From positions 128,746 to 192,745 of the forward strand of contig CAWJVS010000016.1 in NCBI GenBank assembly GCA_963846335.1: a stretch of DNA of 64,000 nucleotides, in the 5' to 3' direction. The position numbers and the translations under genes are program-made. Below the pieces are notes generated by a model. That model worked only from the letters and a program-made list of their open reading frames with translations. It had not been told where the DNA came from and did no database searches. This stretch comes from an uncultured Bacteroidales bacterium (GTDB lineage Bacteria > Bacteroidota > Bacteroidia > Bacteroidales > VadinHA17). Shown in pieces: positions 10,061 to 17,780 of this stretch (position 1 is the stretch's first letter; each line of letters opens with the position of its first letter).

Positions 10061-10816
10061 ATGATACCAACAGCATCATCAGTAAAACATTACAGTTCTG
10101 CACATGACAGGTTCCTGAAGCCTGCTATCGTAAACTTCTTTGAACGCGAATTCTGTGCTATGTTTGGTCCTGTTGTAAGAGAAAACATTGCTGATGCTCT
10201 TATCGATCTTTTTAACTCTCTTTGCCCTGAATCATCCAGATTAAAACCTGGACAGATAGTCTGGAACGCTCTGGATAAAAGAACCAGGGCAGATAGTGAG
10301 AAGCGCCGGTATAAACCAGTAATACTATCTCTGGTAACTGATGATGATGTCTCAATGTTCGAAAAAGGAACTTCAATCTCAACTACACGAAAGAATGTTA
10401 TGGCCCGAATGATTAGAGAAGCCTATCAACAAGGAGCTGTATTGTCTACAAGAGATTTAAGCCTGTTACTGGTATCAAGTGCAGCTTATCTATCTCAGTT
10501 AAGGATCGAATATGAGAAGGAACATAAAACAATACTTCCTCATACCGGAGTCATTCATGACATGGGAACTACTTTAACTCATAAAAGAATCATAATCTAT
10601 AAACATGTCGTTGAAAAGAAAGATCCTTCAATTGTTGCGAGAGAAACAAATCACTCTCAACCTGCTGTTGATAAATACCTTAAAGACTTTAACAGAGTAA
10701 AAACACTAGTAAATGACAATAAGGACATTGATTTTATCCATCACACAACAAACATGTCAAAACCAGTGATTAAACAGTATCTTCAAATTATTAACAACTA
10801 TGTCAAAGAACGTTAA
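10061..10816 (+). CDS. DUF1670-like multi-HTH protein (paralogue 2)
   Basis: 251-aa ORF 15 nt after paralogue 1 with the same domain order (RMIREAYQQGAVLSTRDLSLLL..., HDMGTTLTHKRIII..., NHSQPAVDKYLKDFNRV). Confidence 0.75.
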   Translation: MIPTASSVKHYSSAHDRFLKPAIVNFFEREFCAMFGPVVRENIADALIDLFNSLCPESSRLKPGQIVWNALDKRTRADSEKRRYKPVILSLVTDDDVSMFEKGTSISTTRKNVMARMIREAYQQGAVLSTRDLSLLLVSSAAYLSQLRIEYEKEHKTILPHTGVIHDMGTTLTHKRIIIYKHVVEKKDPSIVARETNHSQPAVDKYLKDFNRVKTLVNDNKDIDFIHHTTNMSKPVIKQYLQIINNYVKER

Positions 10817-10858
10817 ATATATTTTCTTTAAAACCCTTGCAATGTCAAATGACATTAA

Positions 10859-10917
10859 CAGGGGGGAAGGGGAAACCCATCATTTCCCCCTTGGGGGAAA
10901 ATGAAAGGGGGTAAAAT
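10859..10917 (+). repeat. G-rich REP-like element, family AGGGGGAAGG..TTTCCC..TTGGGGGAAA..AGGGG(G)T(T)AAAA (copy A)
   Basis: Aligns along its length with 28125..28176. It contains internal hairpins GGGGAAA/TTTCCCC and CCCCC-TT-GGGGG. Confidence 0.7.
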
Positions 10918-10999
10918 CCTAAAATCCATCCAGATTGTTTCATAGAAATACTGAAGTTTATAAATATTGTAACAGTATACTTGCTTTATAACTCTAAAT

Positions 11000-12316
11000 A
11001 TGAATAGCAGAATTGTTGCTGAACAGATATTTCTTGCCGGAGTAGAGCGGGTCCTCCCTGACAGATTGATAAGCATGGCAATGTATTTGGAGGATAACAG
11101 TCTGTTTATAAACGATTTTAGCTTCAATCTTGATTCGGTTCGAAACATCTATGTGATAGGCGCAGGAAAAGCAAGTGCGCTAATGGGAGCGGAGGTTGAG
11201 AGAATTCTGGGAGAGAGGATAACAGCCGGGCATATTGTTGTCAAATATGGTCATTCGTGTAAACTGAAAAAGATCACAGTTACTGAGGCAGGCCATCCCG
11301 TGCCTGACGCAAACGGCTTCAGAGCTACCGGATCAATACTCGGAATCGCTGCCATGGCTGATAGTAATGACCTTGTAATATGTCTTCTGTCCGGAGGCGG
11401 ATCAGCCCTTCTTGCAGATTTTCCGGAAGGATCAACTCCTGATGAAATGATGACGATGAATGATCTTCTTGTACAGAGTGGTTCCTCAATTAATGAGATC
11501 AATACTGTACGCAAACATCTCTCATATATAAAAGGAGGCCAGCTGGCAAAAGCAGTTTATCCCGGCACACTGGTCAGTCTTATATTGTCGGATGTGACAG
11601 GTGATCCTCTTGATGTGATTGCCTCCGGACCAACAGTTCCTGATCCCTCAACTTTTAAGCAGGCTCTGGAAGTTCTCAGCAAATACAATCTTACAGTAAA
11701 TACACCTGGTGGAGTGATAAATTACCTTAGTGAAGGAGCTCTGGGAAGAAGGTCTGAAACACCGAAACCATCTGATCCTGTCTTTGATAGAACTTTCAAT
11801 ATCCTGATCGGTAATAACAAATTGGCTCTTGAAGCGGCTGTCAGAAAAGCTGTCGGTTTAGAACTGAATGCTGAAATTATCACTGACAGGGTTGTAGGCG
11901 ACATTGCTGAAGTTGCTGAATACATAGTTGACACGGCATTTAAATATCAAAGTGACAAAAATGTTAAAAAACCTGCATGTCTTATTTTCGGGGGAGAGCC
12001 AACGGTAAAAGTTACCGGCAATGGTTCAGGAGGAAGAAACCAGCATCTGGCGTTGCATTGTGCAGGACTTCTGAGAACTCATATGGGAATTACTGTACTC
12101 TCAGCAGGTACTGACGGAAATGATGGGCCAACATCTGCAGCGGGGGCAGTGGTGGATTACGAAACTTACGATGCTGCTGTTATGAAGGGATTCATCCCTG
12201 AAGAATATCTCGGAAATTTTGATTCATTCAATTTTTTCAGAAGGGATGGAGGGCATATAATTACCGGACCTACCATGACCAATGTTATGGATATTGTTGT
12301 TGCAATAGTGGAGTGA
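11000..12316 (+). CDS. Glycerate 2-kinase / hydroxypyruvate reductase-like protein (DUF4147 + MOFRL family)
   Basis: Characteristic motifs IGAGKAS, LLSGGGSALL, GGEPTV.VTG.G.GGRNQ and SAGTDG.DGP in a 438-aa ORF. Confidence 0.8.
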   Translation: MNSRIVAEQIFLAGVERVLPDRLISMAMYLEDNSLFINDFSFNLDSVRNIYVIGAGKASALMGAEVERILGERITAGHIVVKYGHSCKLKKITVTEAGHPVPDANGFRATGSILGIAAMADSNDLVICLLSGGGSALLADFPEGSTPDEMMTMNDLLVQSGSSINEINTVRKHLSYIKGGQLAKAVYPGTLVSLILSDVTGDPLDVIASGPTVPDPSTFKQALEVLSKYNLTVNTPGGVINYLSEGALGRRSETPKPSDPVFDRTFNILIGNNKLALEAAVRKAVGLELNAEIITDRVVGDIAEVAEYIVDTAFKYQSDKNVKKPACLIFGGEPTVKVTGNGSGGRNQHLALHCAGLLRTHMGITVLSAGTDGNDGPTSAAGAVVDYETYDAAVMKGFIPEEYLGNFDSFNFFRRDGGHIITGPTMTNVMDIVVAIVE

Positions 12317-12373
12317 TGAGAACCATAGTAAGAGGTTAATTCAGAACAATGCTTTCACTCTTGTAAGAAATTA

Positions 12374-12528
12374 TTAACCACTGAGTTGCACAGAGTAACA
12401 CGGAGTAGTAACACGAAGTAGGAACACGGAGTAGGAACACGGGGTAAACAGCTCTACTAAAGTTGAATAACTGAGTTGCTGGTTTAACAGTGTAACTCCG
12501 CATTTACACCGTATAACTCCGTGGTTAA
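12374..12528. repeat. 155-bp MITE-like element with TTAACCAC(T/G)GAG terminal inverted repeats and four internal 13-bp units (GTAACACGGAGTA-like)
   Basis: The left end TTAACCACTGAGTT pairs with the right end AACTCCGTGGTTAA. Internal tandem units span about 12395..12446. A related element lies at 63129..63272. Confidence 0.7.
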
Positions 12529-12576
12529 AAAACACTCCGGAAAATATTTAATTTTACAATAAGTAATTTCAGTATT

Positions 12577-14133
12577 ATGAATCAGTCCTGTTTCCGACGT
12601 CAATTAAAAGCAACAGTGGGTTTATTATATGTACTTGCATTTTCTATCAACCCGGGTGTAGGAGCAGAGGTTGTTAAAAGGCCAAACATTATTATGTTTC
12701 TTGTTGATGACATGGGTTGGCAGGATACCTCAGTTCCTTTCTGGACTAAAAGAACACCTTTTAATGAAAGGTACCACACCCCTGCGATGGAAAAGCTGGC
12801 AAGGGAAGGGATGATATTCACACAGGCCTATGCTTCAAGTGTTTGTTCGCCAACCAGGGTCAGTCTTATGTCGGGGATGAATGCTGCCCGTCACCGTGTT
12901 ACAAACTGGACACTGGAGAGAGACAAACCGGTAGACGGTAAAAGTGATATCCTCGCATATCCTGACTGGAATGTAAATGGAGTCCAGCCCGTAGATACGA
13001 TACCACATTCAGTCTATGCAAATATGCTTCCCGAATTGCTGAAAGAAAATGGTTATTTCACAATACATTGCGGAAAAGCTCACTATGGTTCAATGGGTAC
13101 ACCATCAGCTGATCCCCTGAATTGCGGTTTTGATGTTAATATTGCCGGGCATGCTGCAGGCGGACCAGGGAGTTATCTTGGAACGATGAATTTTGGAAAT
13201 AGTGAGAAAGGAGGTTATACACTTCCATGGGGTGTACCCGGCCTGGAGAAATATCACGGTGATTCAATTTTTCTTACAGAGGCACTCACCATGGAGGCAC
13301 TGAGTACACTCGACAAGGTTAAATCCATGGGAAAACCCTTTTATCTGTATATGGCACATTACGCAGTTCATATTCCACTTTGTGCTGATCAGCGGTTTTA
13401 TGACAAATACCTCTGTATGGGTCTGAATGAGTCAGAAGCAAGATATGCCTCCATGATTGAAGGGATGGATAAAAGCCTGGGAGACATTATGAATTGGCTC
13501 GACAGGAATGGTCTGGCAGAGAACACTGTAATTCTGTTTATGTCTGATAATGGTGGTTTTAGCCTGCGTCCAAGGGCTGGTGAATTGCATACCCATAATA
13601 AACCTTTGAACAGCGGTAAGGGATCTGCCTATGAGGGGGGTATAAGGGAACCAATGATAGTCAGGTGGCCGGGTAAAGTTCATCCGGGAACAAGGTGCAG
13701 TGATTACCTGATAATCGAGGATTTTTTCCCGACAATACTTGAAATGGCAGGAATAAAAAAATATTCAACAGTTCAGACTGTAGACGGGAAAAGCTTTGTC
13801 CCGATGCTGCTTCAGACAGGCAATACATCCAGGGGCAGGGATCTTTACTGGCACTTTCCGAATAACTGGGGACCAACCGGTCCGGGCATTGGCGCCACCA
13901 GCACCATAAGGAGCGGTGACTGGAAACTGATATACTTTTATGAAGATTGTCATTTTGAGTTGTATAACATAAAGAATGATATCGGGGAAATGAATAATCT
14001 TGCTGGTCAGCAACCGGCAAAAGTCACAGAATTGGCTTTGAAGCTGGGTAAATATCTTCGTGGTGTAAAAGCCCAGAAACCATCATACAAATCAGCGGGA
14101 AAGCCTGTACCATGGCCTGATGAAGTATTGTAA
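12577..14133 (+). CDS. Formylglycine-dependent sulfatase (arylsulfatase A family), secreted
   Basis: FLVDDMGWQD, the CSPTRVSLMSG (C-x-P-x-R) formylglycine motif, and SDNGG and GKGSAYEGGIREP motifs. Confidence 0.9.
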   Translation: MNQSCFRRQLKATVGLLYVLAFSINPGVGAEVVKRPNIIMFLVDDMGWQDTSVPFWTKRTPFNERYHTPAMEKLAREGMIFTQAYASSVCSPTRVSLMSGMNAARHRVTNWTLERDKPVDGKSDILAYPDWNVNGVQPVDTIPHSVYANMLPELLKENGYFTIHCGKAHYGSMGTPSADPLNCGFDVNIAGHAAGGPGSYLGTMNFGNSEKGGYTLPWGVPGLEKYHGDSIFLTEALTMEALSTLDKVKSMGKPFYLYMAHYAVHIPLCADQRFYDKYLCMGLNESEARYASMIEGMDKSLGDIMNWLDRNGLAENTVILFMSDNGGFSLRPRAGELHTHNKPLNSGKGSAYEGGIREPMIVRWPGKVHPGTRCSDYLIIEDFFPTILEMAGIKKYSTVQTVDGKSFVPMLLQTGNTSRGRDLYWHFPNNWGPTGPGIGATSTIRSGDWKLIYFYEDCHFELYNIKNDIGEMNNLAGQQPAKVTELALKLGKYLRGVKAQKPSYKSAGKPVPWPDEVL

Positions 14134-14146
14134 ATCCTGATCGGGA

Positions 14147-14171
14147 AAAGTCTTTTTACTGAAAAGACTTT
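14147..14171. terminator. Bidirectional hairpin between the convergent sulfatase and fucP genes
   Basis: AAAGTCTTTT-TACTG-AAAAGACTTT forms a perfect 10-bp stem. A/T runs flank both sides. It overlaps the fucP stop codon. Confidence 0.5.
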
Positions 14172-15459
14172 AACCACCTATTTTTAATCTTGCTGTTGAA
14201 CCCCTGAAGGAATACCAGGCAACATACAGATAGGCAACCAGAGGAACTGTCATAGCAATTGCCATACTGTCCGTTTTTTCTGCGATATACCCCATAAGTG
14301 GCGTGCAGATGGCACCGCCGATTATTGCCATTACCAGAACAGAGCCTCCAATTTTGGTATTGTCCCCCAGATCTTTAATACTGATTGCAAATATTGTCGG
14401 ATACATAAGTGACATGAAGAAACTTGTAAGGAAAATTGCCCACATTCCAATCCATCCCGGTATTAAAATGCTGAATCCAACAAGGATAATATTTATACTG
14501 CTGTACAATCCCATAAGACGGTTGGGTTGTATGAACCGCATAAACCATGTGGCAGAGAATCTTCCGATGCCAAAAGCAACCAGGGTTCCTGTCAGAAAAT
14601 AACCTGCTACTTTTTCAGGCTGACCTGTATAATCCTGTACATATGGTATAAAATAACTCCAGGTTCCCACCTGTGCCCCGACATAGAAGAACTGTGCAAG
14701 AACCCCTTTCCAGAAGTTTGGAAAATGAAGCAGGTCTTTGAAACTTCCTTTTGACTCATTCTCCGATTTTAATTCAGTATCAAACTTCGGGAATTTAATT
14801 TTCATCATAATTATCGCCCAGGTCATGGCAAACAGGGCCAGTCCTATATATGGTTTTACTACCCGCATTGTTTCATGCTGGAGAAAAGGGCCATATTCAC
14901 CTGACAGTTTCATTGAAGCAATTTGTGTCGAGTCTGGCTCTATGCCTGAAAAAATGAATATTGTGCCAATAAGAACACCAGTAACAGAACCTATAGGATT
15001 GAATGCCTGTGAGAAGTTCAGCCGTTGTTCCGAAGATTCAGGATTTCCCATAAGGGCTATAAATGGATTGGCTCCTGTCTCAAGAAAAGCCAGTCCGGAT
15101 GCAATCACAAAAAGGGCGAACAGGAAGAAGCCGTATTTTCCGTCAATTGCAGCAGGCCAGAAAAGAAAACATCCGAGTGAGTAGAGCATTAAACCACAAA
15201 TTATCCCCGTTTTGTAACTGTAACGGCGCATAAGGATTCCCGCAGGCACTGCAAGAACAAAATACCCCATATAGAAAGCTGACTGAATCAACCCTGCCTG
15301 GAAGCGGGAGATCTCCATGGATTTCATAAACTGTTTGATCAGGACACCATTGAGGTTATTGGGGATGCCCCACATGAAAAAAAGTATTGTGACCATTATG
15401 AACGGCAAAAGGTATCCCGGAAGGAGAAATCCACCTTTTCCTGTTTTAGCTGTGCTCAT
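14170..15459 (-). CDS. fucP: L-fucose:H+ symporter (MFS)
   Basis: FucP-type N-terminus ...FIMVTILFFMWGIPNNLNGVLIKQFMKSMEISRFQAGLIQSAFYMGYF with about 12 TM segments. ATGA start/stop overlap with the upstream GH29 gene. Confidence 0.85.
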   Translation of the reverse strand: MSTAKTGKGGFLLPGYLLPFIMVTILFFMWGIPNNLNGVLIKQFMKSMEISRFQAGLIQSAFYMGYFVLAVPAGILMRRYSYKTGIICGLMLYSLGCFLFWPAAIDGKYGFFLFALFVIASGLAFLETGANPFIALMGNPESSEQRLNFSQAFNPIGSVTGVLIGTIFIFSGIEPDSTQIASMKLSGEYGPFLQHETMRVVKPYIGLALFAMTWAIIMMKIKFPKFDTELKSENESKGSFKDLLHFPNFWKGVLAQFFYVGAQVGTWSYFIPYVQDYTGQPEKVAGYFLTGTLVAFGIGRFSATWFMRFIQPNRLMGLYSSINIILVGFSILIPGWIGMWAIFLTSFFMSLMYPTIFAISIKDLGDNTKIGGSVLVMAIIGGAICTPLMGYIAEKTDSMAIAMTVPLVAYLYVAWYSFRGSTARLKIGG

Positions 15460-16484
15460 TTCTTAATCCTTGATTTCCCCTTAATATACTGTCCAACCTG
15501 ATTCAATGTTGTGACATCAATCTCTCTGATCCGGCCTGCATAGTCAGGACCAACATTTAGTGAGAATATATTGCCGAATTTAACAGCGCCAAGATAATCC
15601 TCATATATTTTTTCAGCAGGCAGGCAGAGTGTATCGTGTACCGGAAGTGAATAAAACCACATTGCACCTCCCTCATGGGCCGGGAGGATTGGGTAAGTGA
15701 ATTCAGCGGCAATATAGCCTTTGTATTCGCCACCGTTTTTATTGAAGCCAGCCCCTGAAATATCATCCAGTGCTGACGGATGTCCAAGTTCTCCGAGACG
15801 GATACGGCCGGCAGGTGTGCCATGATTATAACCGGGCAGACAGTTGGGCTGAAGCGTCGCAACCCATTTATCGGTCTCGTCATGACTTAATCCGCCGTCT
15901 CCCTGGGCATGATCAAACCAGATATATTCTATCGGCCCGTAATTCGTAAGCAGTTCTTTGAGCTGTGCTTTTTTTATATCCGGATTAATCCCCCCGCTTT
16001 TGGAAAAACTGGCACCGGGGAAAGTCCAGTCTCCTTCTGAAAAATAGAGAGCAAGCTTTATTCCATACCTGTCACATGATTTTCTGAGCTTTGCCAGTAC
16101 ATCAATGCCAAGATGACTGTTTGTTACTTTTTTTTGAGTCGTTTCTGTGTCCCATAAACAGAAACCATCATGATGTTTGGTAAGGAACAGAATATAATGC
16201 ATCCCTGCTTTTTTTGCCACTTTACACCACTGGTCAGTATCGCACCCGGTAGCAGTGAAAAAGCTGGCATCTTTGTCCTCGGTTGGAGTCCATTCCTGTC
16301 CGGAGAATGTGCTGAAGCTCCAGCAGATAAACATCCCAAACTTCAAATCGCTGATCTGTCTGGCACGAACCTGATCATCAACCTTTTTTAAATAATCCTT
16401 ATTCTTATCTCCGGAACAGTCTGACAGGACTATCAGGCTTATTAAGACTATGATTAATGTTGTCAGTTTTTTCATAAGATTCAT
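15456..16484 (-). CDS. GH29 alpha-L-fucosidase (catalytic domain only), lipoprotein
   Basis: LTKHHDGFCLWDT and YGPIEYIWFDHAQGDGG motifs. Signal peptide with Cys (LIVLSDCSG). Confidence 0.85.
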   Translation of the reverse strand: MNLMKKLTTLIIVLISLIVLSDCSGDKNKDYLKKVDDQVRARQISDLKFGMFICWSFSTFSGQEWTPTEDKDASFFTATGCDTDQWCKVAKKAGMHYILFLTKHHDGFCLWDTETTQKKVTNSHLGIDVLAKLRKSCDRYGIKLALYFSEGDWTFPGASFSKSGGINPDIKKAQLKELLTNYGPIEYIWFDHAQGDGGLSHDETDKWVATLQPNCLPGYNHGTPAGRIRLGELGHPSALDDISGAGFNKNGGEYKGYIAAEFTYPILPAHEGGAMWFYSLPVHDTLCLPAEKIYEDYLGAVKFGNIFSLNVGPDYAGRIREIDVTTLNQVGQYIKGKSRIKK

Positions 16485-16523
16485 TGTTGAAATAAAATTC
16501 TTGTTCTAAAGAAATTTTTCTTC

Positions 16524-16616
16524 TTGCCACCAGGGCACCAAGGCACGAAGATTCACCAAAGAGTCATTAAAGATAATCTCATTTTTACACTAGGTGTCTT
16601 AGTGTCTTGGTGGCAA
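16524..16616. repeat. 93-bp inverted-repeat element (TTGCCACCAGGGCACCAAGGCAC ... GTGTCTTAGTGTCTTGGTGGCAA)
   Basis: The arms are imperfect reverse complements with transition-type mismatches. It is intergenic between the URO-D-like and GH29 genes. Confidence 0.7.
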
Positions 16617-16652
16617 TTGCTTTTAGCAGAATCAATTGTTTAAGGCCGTTAG

Positions 16653-17769
16653 CTAGTAAATACAATCTTTAGCAGCATCGGCCATTATTTTGATGTGTTC
16701 AACAGGTGTTTCAAAGAAATGATCTGAACAGGCACAGATATAACCACCGTCATAGCCAACTTTTTCAAAAAGGGTATGTACCATCTTTTTTATTTTATCG
16801 CCGGGTCCGTCAGTAAGAACATTATACTGGTCAATTCCTCCTATCAGTGAAATTCTTTTTCCGACTTTTTCTTTAAGTTCCCAGGGTTCCTGGTTTCCTC
16901 CGATGCTTTTTGGGGCAAGTGTTTCTGAACAGTCAGTTCCGTTAGCAACTATATATTCCTCTATTCCATATGTACCGCCGCAGGTATGGTAGGTAATTTT
17001 AAATCCCAGAGAGTGCAGGGCATCATGCAACTTCCTGTCATATGGCATACAGAATTCCTTATGGAGATCGGGTGAGACAAGAGTGGATGAGGAGGAACCA
17101 CCTCCGGTTTCAACAAGATCAAATTTTGCACCCTTCATCGAATTTACGAATTCGAGTTTCTTCTCAAGCAGTATCTCCATCAGGGTGTGGACCCAGGCAG
17201 GATCTGTCATCGCTTTTATTATCAATTCGTTGATGTCGTATAAGCAGGCGGCATGCTGCCAGCAGCCGGCCTGATCGCCCCATACGAATCCACGGACAAT
17301 TCCATTGTCTCCAACCTCATTGTAGACTTTTTCAAGAGGCTTTTTATCCAGCATTGGCACCGGCATGTATTTGCGGATCAGCTCAAGGTCCTCATCCTTC
17401 TTGATGAGATACTCTGTTATCCAGGTTGTTTTTCTGTTTCCTGCGGTTTTATATGTAAGATCTCCCCCCGGAGTTACGATCCTGTGATGATTTATCCTGT
17501 TTTCAGGATCATTGCTGATTAACTGTCACTTCATCTTTCCATTCAGGTGTCGAGAATTTCGCAAAATCAGCATCGACAAGCCAGAACTGTCCCATATCGG
17601 CAAAATACTGAATAGCTGCATCCATTCCCACCATCTTAAAAGCTTCCAGTGGCGTTATACCATTCATATAAGTATCGAGGTGATAGCCCTGCCATTGATG
17701 TACTGTGACAGGTAACCTGTCAGGTTTCTCGCCGTTTATGGCACACATCATTCTTTCTTTTGAATTCAC
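16653..17769 (-). pseudogene. Uroporphyrinogen decarboxylase (URO-D)/MtaA-CmuA-like family protein, one frameshift near 17510-17525 as assembled
   Basis: The N-terminal ORF 17509..17769 ends at ...EVTVNQQ*. The frame of ORF 16653..17366 is open upstream (ISNDPENRINHHRIVTPGGDLTYKTAGNRKTTWITEYLIKKDEDLELIRKYMPVPML...). URO-D-type C-terminal half (ITYHTCGG, GGIDQ, ACSDHFF). Confidence 0.7.
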
Positions 17770-17780
17770 AGTATCAAGGA

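Larger units (their letters stand above)
9078..10917 (+). mobile_element. Candidate cassette: two DUF1670-like genes bracketed by inverted copies of a G-rich REP-like repeat
   Basis: The left end TTAAAACCCCCTACCCGACCTTCCCCCT (9078..9105) reverse-complements to AGGGGGAAGG..AGGGGGTTTTAA. The right end (10859..10917) reads AGGGGGGAAGG...AGGGGGTAAAA. The cassette sits between a GntP permease and a glycerate kinase, which would normally be adjacent. TTAAAACCC occurs at both 9078 and 10828. Confidence 0.3.

Noticed and set aside
10855-11148. 97-aa minus-strand ORF, and similar ORFs at 51007..51192, 63179..63373 and 62756..63043
   Set aside because: They are largely encoded by the GC-rich or word-like intergenic repeats, or overlap the start of a well-supported gene on the other strand.
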